Shown here: positions 13,631 to 22,744 of the stretch, one piece after another | How the letters are laid out: every line of letters starts with the position of its first letter | Numbering within the stretch: position 1 is the stretch's first letter | Assembly: GCA_045537865.1 (NCBI GenBank) | Contig: JAZSQH010000082.1 | Span: forward strand, 3,360-67,359 | Reading direction: 5' to 3' | Source: Faecousia sp. | GTDB lineage: Bacteria > Bacillota > Clostridia > Oscillospirales > Oscillospiraceae | Length of the DNA: 64,000 bases | The notes under the pieces: model-generated | The model's input: the letters and a program-made list of their open reading frames with translations, nothing else | Databases searched by the model: none | Told to the model about the DNA's origin: nothing | Translations under genes and position numbers: made by a program

Positions 13631-13649
13631 AATCAACACTCCTTCATGT

Positions 13650-13890
13650 AAAAAGCCCTGAGCCAAATTGGCTCAGGGCGAAAAATACTTTCCGTGGTAC
13701 CACCTGAATTCCCACAAATGTGGGCACTTAAAAGCGATAACGGGCTGACCCGTGCCGCCCTACTGATTCAGGCGGCCAGCTCCGGGGCGACAATTCAGAC
13801 TTGGACATACGTGCTTACACCAACCGCACGCTCTCTTGGATGACCGGTAGCAGAAAACTCCCCATCTGTGCATTTAACGTTGTTAAACTA
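13650..13890 (-). promoter_or_regulatory. T-box leader of valS
   Basis: On the minus strand there is an AGAGAG box (13831-13836 region) and the T-box sequence AATTCAGGTGGTACCACGGA (13691-13710). A terminator stem GCCCTGAGCC/GGCTCAGGGC (13655-13679) plus TTTTT follows, then GAAGGAG and the valS ATG. I could not assign the specifier codon confidently. Confidence 0.8.
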
Positions 13891-13941
13891 TCATATTATA
13901 TGATTTCTGTCAACTAAAAATAAGAATTTAGAGGACAATTC

Positions 13942-13970
13942 TTGACTGATAAGGGGATTTTACATATAAT
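13942..13970 (+). promoter_or_regulatory. sigma-A-type promoter of the glycosyltransferase gene
   Basis: TTGACT (13942-13947), 17 nt, TATAAT (13965-13970). Confidence 0.45.
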
Positions 13971-14001
13971 ATAGCAAATACTTGATTGTGAGTTGACTAA
14001 T

Positions 14002-14928
14002 ATGAAGCTATCGTTGGTTGTCCCCTGCTATAACGAAGCGGAAAGCGTTCCGCTGTTTCAGGATGCCGCATTATCTGCATTTGCAAACTGCGGCTATGAT
14101 TATGAGATCGTTTTTGTGGATGACGGCAGCAGTGATGCAACTATGCATCAGCTGCGAAAGATCTATAATCAGCAAAAATGTCCGGTAAAAGTAATCAGCT
14201 TTTCCCGTAATTTTGGTAAAGAAGCCGGAATTTATGCCGGTATACAACACGCAGATGGCGAGTATATTGCACTGATCGATGCAGATCTACAGCAGCGCCC
14301 GGAGATCGTACGGGATATGGTTGCGATTTTGGATAAAAAGCCGGAGCTGGATATGGTAACTGCCTATCAAGATCGCCGCAGCGAGGGGCGCGTTTTATCG
14401 TTCTTTAAGAAAAGCTTTTACAAGCTGATCAACAAGATTTCCAAGACGCAGCTGAAAGCAGATGCCAGCGATTTCCGAACATTCCGTCGCACCGTAGCAG
14501 AAAGTATTTTGTCTATGACAGAATATCACCGTTTTTCCAAAGGACTGTTTGCATGGGTCGGCTTTAATACCTGCTATATCCCTTACACGGCGCACAAGCG
14601 TGTGGCCGGAAAGACGAAATGGAGTTTCCGGAAACTCTTTAACTACGCACTGGAGGGTATTATCGGATTTACCACTGCTCCCCTACGCATCGCTACCGTT
14701 ATTGGCATGCTGACTGCTGTTGCCGCATTTTTATACTTGATCGCTGTGGTGGTTGAAAAGTTCGTTTGGGGCATTGCGATCCCCGGTTATGCTACGATCA
14801 TCGTGCTGATTTTGCTGCTGGGCAGCGTGCAGCTGCTGTGTATCGGCATTATCGGCGAATACGTAGGCAGAATCTTTGAACAAGGCAAGGATCGGCCCAT
14901 TTTCATTATTAAAGAATTATTGAAATAA
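14002..14928 (+). CDS. family 2 glycosyltransferase (polyprenyl-phosphate sugar transferase, GtrB/CsbB-like)
   Basis: LSLVVPCYNE..., VFVDDGSSD and the DADLQ motif, plus two C-terminal TM helices. Confidence 0.8.
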   Translation: MKLSLVVPCYNEAESVPLFQDAALSAFANCGYDYEIVFVDDGSSDATMHQLRKIYNQQKCPVKVISFSRNFGKEAGIYAGIQHADGEYIALIDADLQQRPEIVRDMVAILDKKPELDMVTAYQDRRSEGRVLSFFKKSFYKLINKISKTQLKADASDFRTFRRTVAESILSMTEYHRFSKGLFAWVGFNTCYIPYTAHKRVAGKTKWSFRKLFNYALEGIIGFTTAPLRIATVIGMLTAVAAFLYLIAVVVEKFVWGIAIPGYATIIVLILLLGSVQLLCIGIIGEYVGRIFEQGKDRPIFIIKELLK

Positions 14929-14931
14929 ATT

Positions 14932-14963
14932 AAGAGCTTCGGGATTACCGAAGCTCTTTTTTT
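14932..14963. terminator. hairpin terminator shared by convergent genes
   Basis: AAGAGCTTCG / CGAAGCTCTT 10-bp stem followed by TTTTTT on the plus strand. It overlaps the last codons of the minus-strand UDG gene. Confidence 0.5.
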
Positions 14964-15523
14964 ATATCGATTCCAAGGTCTATGATTTTGTTACGAATAA
15001 AGATCAGATCCTCAAACGTTTCCGGTCGTTTGGTCTTATCGCGCAACAATGCTGATGGGTGATATATTGCGGTAATCCATGTGTCATTTCTGTCAATCCA
15101 AGTGCCATGATCACGAGTGATTTTGTAGTCTGGCTCAATGATTCGCTTGGCAGCGATTCTGCCAAGACAAATAATCATCTTCGGTTTAACCAAAGCAACC
15201 TGCGCTCGGAGGTAATCGATGCACGCATCCTGCTCGCAATCCAACGGATCACGATTATGCGGCGGTCTGCATTTAACGATATTGGCAATATAGGTATTCG
15301 TGCGATCCAAATCAATGATAGAAAGCATCTCGTCCAAAAATTGACCTGCTGCACCCACAAAAGGTATGCCTTGCAGATCCTCTTGCTCACCGGGTCCCTC
15401 GCCGATCAGCATAATATTTGCATTCCGGTTACCGACGCCAAATACAACGTTATTTCTGCCCGAGCATAATTCACAGCGACTGCATTGTTGGCACTTTGAT
15501 TCAAGCTCTTCCCAGCTTTGCAT
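14945..15523 (-). CDS. family 4 uracil-DNA glycosylase (Fe-S type)
   Basis: N-terminal cysteines CQQCSRCELC, plus GEGPGEQED and HPSALLR motifs. Confidence 0.8.
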   Translation of the reverse strand: MQSWEELESKCQQCSRCELCSGRNNVVFGVGNRNANIMLIGEGPGEQEDLQGIPFVGAAGQFLDEMLSIIDLDRTNTYIANIVKCRPPHNRDPLDCEQDACIDYLRAQVALVKPKMIICLGRIAAKRIIEPDYKITRDHGTWIDRNDTWITAIYHPSALLRDKTKRPETFEDLIFIRNKIIDLGIDIKKELR

Positions 15524-16950
15524 TATTTACTCCTTCTTCTGTTGCGACGATATTGCTTGCGTCGAAGAGTAACGAAATAAGCTTTTATTTTCCCAGAGAA
15601 TTTGATTACAGCGAAAATTACACCAATGCCAACAACGATCAATAAAACCGTGACCAGCCATCCGGCGGTATCAGTTTGTGTGTTCTGCTGCTGGGGTTGA
15701 TCGACAGAAGCATTTGCATGGCTCACCGTGTTCATCGCACATAACTCAGCCTCAGCAACGCATATACCACCGTACCAAATTTGTACAGAGGATATAATGT
15801 CGCCGGCTTGCAGCGGTGCGGAGAAAATGTTATTAGTATAACGAAAATCCAGATCTGTTTTCGAAATATCCTCCGGCAAAACCGTAGAAAGCGAGACATT
15901 AGGGCCTAAAACAACATCTGATGTGCCGTCTGCTACTTTGCATTGGATCAACGCTTGGTCTGCATAGAGAATCTGTACAGACTTGTAGCCGGTAAATCCG
16001 GCGTCCAGTAAAGTCTTTGTTTCCTTGTAGCCACCAACACTGATTGCGGTATAGCCATCCTCTTCGTAAATGGATTCCGAACCCATGACCACGCTAATTA
16101 ATCGCATGCCATTGGATTCAGCAACGGATGCAAAACAGCGTGTGCCATCCTCAGTCACACCGGTTCTGCCTGCGATCACACGTGCATCATAGTAAAGATA
16201 ACTGCCTTTATCCATCATAGAGTTGCCGGAGGTCAGTTCTCTTGCTTCTGACATGTTTGTAGCAGCAACCGTATAGTTGGTTGTTGCAAATATTTCTTTC
16301 AGAACATCATTTTCGATAGCCGCCTTCATAATACGAGCGGCATCTCGTGCGGTGGTGTATTGCGAAGCATCGTGCAATCCATGAACATTCATAAATTGGG
16401 TGCTACTGCAGCCCAACTGCTGGGCATACACATTCATTTCAGATACAAATGCGGTTTGGCTGCCACTGATATGCTCTGCAATTACAGCAGCGGCATCATT
16501 AGCAGAATCTACCAGCAAGCAGTAGAGCAGATCTTTCAGGGTCATAACCTCACCTGCTACCAAGTCAGCAGAGACTGCATTATAGGGCACGGAATCAACC
16601 GCGCTTTGGGTGACGGTAACCGGTGCATCCATATTTCCGTTTTCTACGGCGATCAGCGCAGTCAGGACTTTTACCAAGCTCGCAGGATACATCTGTGCAT
16701 CAGCATTCCATGCGTACATAACGGTGTCACTGTTTGCTTCGTACAGGAAAGCGGCCTGAACATTTTCTGTCAGTTGTCCCGTACCCAAAAGCGCTGCCTG
16801 GCCATCTAAACTGTGACAGCCACGAATAACGGATGCATCACTGTTTTCAGCCACGAAATCTATATCATCTGCCAATGCAACATTCACGGCAGAAAAGTTA
16901 AATAAGGAAAATATTAGGATAAAAGTGCAAAATATAGCAATTTTTTTCAT
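15523..16950 (-). CDS. D-alanyl-D-alanine carboxypeptidase (PBP5-type serine peptidase S11)
   Basis: Signal peptide, SxxK motif as SLVK, a C-terminal TM helix and a basic tail. Confidence 0.8.
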   Translation of the reverse strand: MKKIAIFCTFILIFSLFNFSAVNVALADDIDFVAENSDASVIRGCHSLDGQAALLGTGQLTENVQAAFLYEANSDTVMYAWNADAQMYPASLVKVLTALIAVENGNMDAPVTVTQSAVDSVPYNAVSADLVAGEVMTLKDLLYCLLVDSANDAAAVIAEHISGSQTAFVSEMNVYAQQLGCSSTQFMNVHGLHDASQYTTARDAARIMKAAIENDVLKEIFATTNYTVAATNMSEARELTSGNSMMDKGSYLYYDARVIAGRTGVTEDGTRCFASVAESNGMRLISVVMGSESIYEEDGYTAISVGGYKETKTLLDAGFTGYKSVQILYADQALIQCKVADGTSDVVLGPNVSLSTVLPEDISKTDLDFRYTNNIFSAPLQAGDIISSVQIWYGGICVAEAELCAMNTVSHANASVDQPQQQNTQTDTAGWLVTVLLIVVGIGVIFAVIKFSGKIKAYFVTLRRKQYRRNRRRSK

Positions 16951-17058
16951 TTTTTTACCTCATATATGAGAATCGGGCTTGTCCGATTGCAGATTGTTGT
17001 GTATAATATTGCATATTATAACAGTATTTCTTTTTTCCGTCAATCCGGGAGGCGCAGG

Positions 17059-17433
17059 ATGTCCAAAAAATTAAGTTTTGCTTTGCTTTTGTTATCAACA
17101 GCACTGTTTGCTTGTTTGCTGATTGGTGTTTTTATCGGAAGAAGCACAGCCGGGTCACAGATCAATCTGTCGCAATATGAAAAGATTTCTGCTACCGGCA
17201 GCACCGATGCCGTATCAGATATATCTGAATCCGCAGGAAAAATCAACTTAAACACAGCGACTATCGATGATCTGACCTTGTTGCCGGGAATTGGTGAAGT
17301 TCTGGCGCAACGAATTATTGCTTACCGAGATGAAATCGATGGTTATGAAAATATTGATGAGTTAATAAATGTCCAAGGGATCGGCAATGCGACCCTGAAT
17401 AAAATTTCGGATTATATTACCGTTGGAGGTTAA
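17059..17433 (+). CDS. comEA: ComEA-family helix-hairpin-helix DNA-binding protein
   Basis: N-terminal TM segment, then INLNTATIDDLTLLPGIGEVLAQRII...LINVQGIGNATLNKI (two HhH motifs). ATG 17059 lies 6 nt after GGGAGG. Confidence 0.7.
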   Translation: MSKKLSFALLLLSTALFACLLIGVFIGRSTAGSQINLSQYEKISATGSTDAVSDISESAGKINLNTATIDDLTLLPGIGEVLAQRIIAYRDEIDGYENIDELINVQGIGNATLNKISDYITVGG

Positions 17434-17434
17434 T

Positions 17435-18112
17435 ATGAAAATATTAGTTGTAGACGACGAAGCATTATTAGTAAAAGGAATCCGTTTTAACCTACAAAAT
17501 GACGGATATGACATTCTTACCGGCTCAAACGGTGAAGAAGCCGTTCAGATCGCAAGGGAGCAGAATCCGGATCTGATTATTCTGGACATTATGATGCCCT
17601 ATATGGATGGTCTGACCGCCTGCGCCCGTATCCGTGAATTTTCGGATGTGCCGATCATTCTGCTGACTGCAAAAGTCGAGGATATGGACAAGCTTATGGG
17701 CTTTGAACAAGGTGCAGACGACTACCTTACCAAACCCTTTAATATTTTGGAATTAAAGGCACGAGTACGTGCATTATTAAGAAGATCTGCACCGAAAAAC
17801 GAACAGAAGTCTGCAGATCTGACAATCGGTTCTATTTCCTTGGATCTGAACGCAAGAAACGCATACAAATGCGGCGAACTTGTGGATCTCACCGCAAAAG
17901 AATTTGATGTTATTGAATTCTTGATGAACAACCCTAACCACGTTTATTCACGCGAAGCGCTGCTCGATACCATCTGGGCTTATGAGTACAGAAGCGATAT
18001 CCGCACTGTGGACGTCCACATCCGTCGCCTCCGTGAAAAACTGGAAGAAAACCCGGCTGATCCGCAGTACATTATGACGAAATGGGGCGTTGGCTATTAC
18101 TTCAAAAAGTAA
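17435..18112 (+). CDS. OmpR-family response regulator
   Basis: Receiver domain (MKILVVDDE, DLIILDIMMP) with a winged-helix C-terminus (TVDVHIRRLREKL). Confidence 0.85.
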   Translation: MKILVVDDEALLVKGIRFNLQNDGYDILTGSNGEEAVQIAREQNPDLIILDIMMPYMDGLTACARIREFSDVPIILLTAKVEDMDKLMGFEQGADDYLTKPFNILELKARVRALLRRSAPKNEQKSADLTIGSISLDLNARNAYKCGELVDLTAKEFDVIEFLMNNPNHVYSREALLDTIWAYEYRSDIRTVDVHIRRLREKLEENPADPQYIMTKWGVGYYFKK

Positions 18113-19535
18113 ATCATTTGCGCACATACAGTTTAACAGCGCAAACTTCCGCTATGCCTTGATCTACATGATCATCACCTTTATTGCACTTGTGGTCCTG
18201 AATGTATACTGCTCAAAGACCAGTCAGAACATGTTTCACAGAAGCAATAAAGCCTCCATTTTTGAGAAATGCAGCCTGGCATCTGCTGAAATTTCAAAAT
18301 TGAATATGTTAACTACCGATGCCGTATCCGAAGCTGTTTCCAGCTTTGAAATGATCGACGTTAACAGAATGATCATTACCGATCACACCGGTGAGGCGGT
18401 CTATGACAGCGGCAGTCGCCCTTCCCTTGTAGGAAAATCGGTGCTGTTTCCTGAAGTGATCTCTGCGCTATCCGGTAACGATGTTTTTATCGGCAATTAC
18501 CATGCCGGTATTATGCGTTCCAGCGCAGCTATGCCGATTTATGCATACGGTTCTTTAATAGGTTGCGTATATATCACGGACACCAACGCATCCCAGGGTG
18601 AACTGATTGCTAAGCTGCAAAGCAACGTATTTACCATTACCGTTATATTGGAAATCATCGTTATTATTTGTTCTTTCATATTCTCCAGTACTTATTTCTC
18701 ACGCTTCCGTAAGATCATGTCCTCTATTCGAAATGTGCGTGAGGGCGACTATTCCCACCAGCTGGAATTACCCGGCAATGATGAGCTGAATGCACTTGGA
18801 ACCGAGTTTAATGATTTGATCGGCCGCTTGCAGCGATCTGAACAAACACGAAATCAATTTGTGTCAGATGCATCCCACGAATTAAAAACACCGCTTGCCA
18901 GCATCAAGCTTTTGTCTGATTCCATTTTGCAGAACAATCTGGATATGGACACCATCACAGAGTTTATCGGTGATATCGGCAGTGAAGCTGACCGGTTAAA
19001 CCGTATGTCGCAAAAATTACTTATGTTGTCCAAGACTGACGGCACCTATGAGGGTGAATTTGAGATTACCTGTATTCCCCCTACAATCCATAGAATCGTT
19101 CGTATGCTGTCAGCGAATGCCCAAAATAAAGATGTTGAGATCATCACAAACATTCATGATGAGAGTATGATTTTGATTCAGGAGGATGACCTGTATCAGA
19201 TCATTTTCAACCTCATCGAAAACGGCATCAAATATAATAAGATCGGCGGTAAACTGGAAATTGATCTGAGCCGTGTAAACAATGATGTTGTATTGAAAAT
19301 CCACGACACCGGTGTTGGTATTCCGGAGGAATCCTTGGAGCACATCTTTGAGCGTTTTTATCGTGTGGACAAGGCCAGATCCCGCTCCACCGGCGGCAGT
19401 GGCCTTGGCTTGTCGATCGTCCACAACATGGTAAAGCGCAACGGCGGAACGATCGATGTCGTCAGTGTGGCAAACGAGGGCACGACCTTTACGCTGACCT
19501 TCCCGGCATTTGATTTTATGGAGGCAGAGCGATGA
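18090..19535 (+). CDS. sensor histidine kinase
   Basis: Two TM segments, a HAMP-like region, H-box SDASHELKTPL, and N and G boxes (DTGVGIP, GGSGLGLSIV). The start is uncertain: TTG 18090, TTG 18159 or ATG 18168. Confidence 0.85.
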   Translation: MAITSKSKSFAHIQFNSANFRYALIYMIITFIALVVLNVYCSKTSQNMFHRSNKASIFEKCSLASAEISKLNMLTTDAVSEAVSSFEMIDVNRMIITDHTGEAVYDSGSRPSLVGKSVLFPEVISALSGNDVFIGNYHAGIMRSSAAMPIYAYGSLIGCVYITDTNASQGELIAKLQSNVFTITVILEIIVIICSFIFSSTYFSRFRKIMSSIRNVREGDYSHQLELPGNDELNALGTEFNDLIGRLQRSEQTRNQFVSDASHELKTPLASIKLLSDSILQNNLDMDTITEFIGDIGSEADRLNRMSQKLLMLSKTDGTYEGEFEITCIPPTIHRIVRMLSANAQNKDVEIITNIHDESMILIQEDDLYQIIFNLIENGIKYNKIGGKLEIDLSRVNNDVVLKIHDTGVGIPEESLEHIFERFYRVDKARSRSTGGSGLGLSIVHNMVKRNGGTIDVVSVANEGTTFTLTFPAFDFMEAER

Positions 19536-20029
19536 AACAAATATTATGCATCATTCTTGCTGCTTTCGTTCTGTTTGCCGGTTGCGCAAAACAGTCGGGC
19601 GAACAATATAACTCCGTGAATTTTTACTACAAAACCGACCCTATCGATTATGAATCAGATAGCGGTATTATCAGCACGGAAACACGCTTGGTCAGCGGTG
19701 CGGTTGATAATTACACTGAGCTTCTGCGTCAGTATCTGAATGGCGCGAGAAAACGGAATTGTATTTCCCCCTTCCCTGCCGGAACTACATTGGAAAGCTT
19801 CAGCATGGACGATTCAATTGCAACCGTTACATTGAGTTCGCATCTATCATTGCTAACCGATCATGAATTAATGATTGCTTGTATCTGTATGGCGCGAACA
19901 GTCTTTGATCTTACAGATGTTCAGGCTGTACACATCCGCTCCCTGAACAATTATTTGGACGGCAAGCCATATATCGAGATCAGTCAGGACAGCTATGTTC
20001 TGTTTGATTACAGTTACAAAGCAGATTGA
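19532..20029 (+). CDS. lipoprotein, GerMN-like domain
   Basis: Lipobox LFAGC. The central region resembles GerMN domains. ATGA overlap with the kinase stop. Confidence 0.45.
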   Translation: MKQILCIILAAFVLFAGCAKQSGEQYNSVNFYYKTDPIDYESDSGIISTETRLVSGAVDNYTELLRQYLNGARKRNCISPFPAGTTLESFSMDDSIATVTLSSHLSLLTDHELMIACICMARTVFDLTDVQAVHIRSLNNYLDGKPYIEISQDSYVLFDYSYKAD

Positions 20030-20400
20030 GCTTTTATCATTTCCAAGGACATGCCATCCGCTGATAAACGCATTGATTCTAATGTGCGCAGATATGCAAA
20101 TGGCTTTTCCGGATCCAGGCTGACCGATTCAGAGCTGTGAATATGCCCTTGTGGAACAAGAATGAAGTCTATTGCATTTATGTCTACGTTCCGGGCGGCG
20201 ACAGAAGTATTCATACCATACATTCCATCAATCGGCGCGCATATTCCAATATCCGTCTGTTTATCCCCTGACTGGATAAGAATACGGTGTAGCCCCTGGT
20301 TGGGAAGTGTGCAGCGACAGCAGATCTTATAATACAATCCGTTTTGCGTAACCGTCGCTGTTCCAACAATTTTATGATCATAGCGAATATCAAAACACAT
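20014..20400 (-). CDS. hypothetical protein
   Basis: ORF beginning MCFDIRYDH at ATG 20400, 6 nt after AAGGGGG. I recognise no family. The longer track ORF (to 20496) would overlap mazF. Confidence 0.35.
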   Translation of the reverse strand: MCFDIRYDHKIVGTATVTQNGLYYKICCRCTLPNQGLHRILIQSGDKQTDIGICAPIDGMYGMNTSVAARNVDINAIDFILVPQGHIHSSESVSLDPEKPFAYLRTLESMRLSADGMSLEMIKAQSAL

Positions 20401-20438
20401 AAAAATCCCCCTTGCTGCAACCATATGCGGCAAGGGGG
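20401..20438 (-). terminator. hairpin plus T-tract after mazF
   Basis: 12-bp stem (one G-U) CCCCCTTGCTGC/GCGGCAAGGGGG at 20407-20418 / 20427-20438. On the minus strand it is followed by ATTTTT and then the next ATG. Confidence 0.4.
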
Positions 20439-20446
20439 TATTCCAT

Positions 20447-20812
20447 TCATGTGGCTGTGTTTTCATGCAAACCGAAACTAACTGCGATGGCATCATCTAC
20501 AAGCTGCATGTGCGCATCGTCCAGCTTGCCCATATGCTCCCGCAGCCGACGCTTATCGATGGTTCGGATTTGTTCAAGCAGGATAACTGAGTCTTTGGTA
20601 AGCCCGACGCTTCCGCCTGCAATATTGATATGCGTAGGCAATCGTGCTTTACTTGTCTGGCTGGTAATTGCGGCAGCGATCACCGTGGGTGAATGTCTGT
20701 TGCCGGTATCATTTTGCACAATGAGCACCGGACGTGTTCCGCCCTGTTCGCTGCCGACTACCGGTGAAAGATCGGCATAAAAAATGTCGCCTCGTCTGAC
20801 TATTGCGTCCAT
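20447..20812 (-). CDS. mazF: type II toxin MazF/EndoA (PemK family endoribonuclease)
   Basis: [47 protein letters not shown]...PTHINI closely follows the EndoA/NdoA signature. ATG 20812 lies 8 nt after GGAGAG. Confidence 0.85.
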   Translation of the reverse strand: MDAIVRRGDIFYADLSPVVGSEQGGTRPVLIVQNDTGNRHSPTVIAAAITSQTSKARLPTHINIAGGSVGLTKDSVILLEQIRTIDKRRLREHMGKLDDAHMQLVDDAIAVSFGLHENTAT

Positions 20813-20950
20813 TTGTTTCACTCTCCGTGGGAAAACATACCGACGCTACCAGAAAATTCTATGTAACGCGGCTGAAAGTATTCTCCCACGCACATAAGAA
20901 ATTTATACGGCTGCGCCGTTAAATTATCCTATGCGTTATCAGACAACATG

Positions 20951-21511
20951 CTACAAGATAGTAAAGCCTTCTATCCGCATCGACACGATCTGCATGCCAT
21001 CCCAAATGATCTGCGCTTGTGTTGGAATATTCTGCTTATCCACATTCACTGAAACAATGATTGGCATTTCTGAATGATTGTCCTGAAATTGGACGCAATA
21101 TCCATTTTCTGTATCCATACACGAATCAATATAGCCGCTTTTCAACCCACGGATAAAAAACCAAGGCGCACTTACCGGTGTCAGGATTCCATCCGCTATG
21201 GGTTCAAATAGCAGAACCTTATCGTCAAACGTGATTTTCCCGGTATTATCAGAAACTACTCCACTGACACCACTGATCGTCTCCGGTGCAAGCACCTGAA
21301 AACAGACAGTTCCATCCGTTTCTGTCTTACAGTCCATATTAAATGTATAGAATTTATCGCCAAAATCTGCAGTTACTTCTGCCTGGAATATACATTGTTG
21401 AGCGGATAAGACATTACGCCTTAAACTCAAAGCCTTATCTATAGATTTTTCAGAACTTGCACATCCGGTCAATACCGCCATAATTCCAAGTAGCGCAAAT
21501 AGCCGCTTCAC
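20951..21511 (-). CDS. lipoprotein (possibly LolA-fold / YdcC-like)
   Basis: Lipobox LTGC. The family assignment rests only on size and on its position upstream of mazF, as in B. subtilis ydcC. Confidence 0.4.
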   Translation of the reverse strand: MKRLFALLGIMAVLTGCASSEKSIDKALSLRRNVLSAQQCIFQAEVTADFGDKFYTFNMDCKTETDGTVCFQVLAPETISGVSGVVSDNTGKITFDDKVLLFEPIADGILTPVSAPWFFIRGLKSGYIDSCMDTENGYCVQFQDNHSEMPIIVSVNVDKQNIPTQAQIIWDGMQIVSMRIEGFTIL

Positions 21512-21522
21512 ACGATCACGTC

Positions 21523-22371
21523 CTATTTTAGAAGTTGCGGCAGAACATTGATCATATCAGAAGGAAGCATGCCATACTCCCCGATTTTTCCTTTGCAAAT
21601 ATCGCCGGCAGCTCCGTGCAACCATGCGCCGGCAGCTGCAGATTCTAATGCAGGAATACCAAATCCAAGCAAGGCAGTAATAATGCCTGCCAGCAGATCT
21701 CCGCTGCCGCCAACTGCCATACCCGGATTGCCGGTGGTATTCAGGTACCCCCTCTCACCATCGGTTATCACTGTATTATGACCCTTCAGGAGTATGATGT
21801 TGCCCAAGTCCTTAGCTGCTGCTCGTGCGACTTCCCATCTGTCCTCAACAGTCGTATCGAATAAACGAGAAAATTCACCAGTATGTGGCGTCAGAATTGT
21901 GGGCGCTGTTCTTGTCCGCAATACATCCTTATGTTGACACATAGCATTTATGCCATCAGCGTCCAGCACCACCGGGCCGTGGTAATTTTCCAATATCCAT
22001 TTTGTGATACAAAGCGTGTCCTCAGATTGACCAATTCCCGGACCAATCAAGACAGCATCTTTTCCGGATATCATTTCCTCCAACCGGCCAATCGCCTCGG
22101 CAGCGATCATACCATTTCGATCCGGTAGCGGATGTACGATAGGCTCTAACGTCTTTCCTGCAATAATTGGATAAATGCTCTCTGGAACAACTAAATAAAC
22201 CAAACCGGCACCGCACCGCAACGCACCCATAGCCGCTAAAATCGGCGCTCCGGTATAGCCACGGCTTCCGCAGATCAGCAGCAATTTGCCGCAATCACCT
22301 TTGTGTGTATCACTGGATCGATCCGGAAGAAGTGCCAATACATCTTTGTGATCGAGGATCAGTTGTTTCAT
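21523..22371 (-). CDS. nnrD: ADP-dependent NAD(P)H-hydrate dehydratase (YjeF C-terminal type)
   Basis: Carbohydrate-kinase-like fold motifs GPGIG and GSGDLLAG. Start moved to ATG 22371. Confidence 0.8.
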   Translation of the reverse strand: MKQLILDHKDVLALLPDRSSDTHKGDCGKLLLICGSRGYTGAPILAAMGALRCGAGLVYLVVPESIYPIIAGKTLEPIVHPLPDRNGMIAAEAIGRLEEMISGKDAVLIGPGIGQSEDTLCITKWILENYHGPVVLDADGINAMCQHKDVLRTRTAPTILTPHTGEFSRLFDTTVEDRWEVARAAAKDLGNIILLKGHNTVITDGERGYLNTTGNPGMAVGGSGDLLAGIITALLGFGIPALESAAAGAWLHGAAGDICKGKIGEYGMLPSDMINVLPQLLK

Positions 22372-22470
22372 GTCTATCACCTACCTAATATCATCTTATC
22401 ACTTTCATATAATCACGTCAATGAAATTACACTTGCATTATTGATTCTTATGTGATAGTATAATCAAGAT

Positions 22471-22718
22471 ATTTAAAGGCTGAGACTGGGATGTCGGATA
22501 TTGATTCAGCGCCAACAGAGAGAGCGGGATGGTGCGATCCGCTTGCGTGCAATATCGGGCTTTCGCCCACGAGCTGCTGTCTGAAATGTAGTAGGATATG
22601 CCGGTGGTCACCGTTATCGATCAGTGTGCATAACACATAAGCTGCGCCTTATGGCGAATTGCGGGTGGTACCGCGGAGGATTGCCTTCGTCCCGATTTTG
22701 GGATGGGGGTATTTTTTA
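22471..22718 (+). promoter_or_regulatory. T-box leader of pheST (candidate specifier UUC)
   Basis: TATAAT at 22459-22464, an AGAGAGAG box at about 22517 and GGTGCGA at about 22531. UUC lies at 22562-22564 in GGGCTTTCGCCC. The T-box AATTGCGGGTGGTACCGCGG is at 22657-22676. The terminator is CCTTCGTCCC/GGGATGGGGG (22684-22709) plus TTTTTT. Confidence 0.8.
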
Positions 22719-22744
22719 TACATCCTTTGGAAGGAGACTGGATT

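Noticed and set aside
12359-13651. 430-aa plus-strand ORF inside valS
   Set aside because: It is antisense to valS and has no recognisable domain or ribosome-binding site. It is a typical stop-poor antisense frame.
20818-20895. 25-codon ORF upstream of mazF as a candidate antitoxin
   Set aside because: It has no SD, is far shorter than known MazE/NdoAI antitoxins, and has no RHH/AbrB-like pattern ([25 protein letters not shown]).
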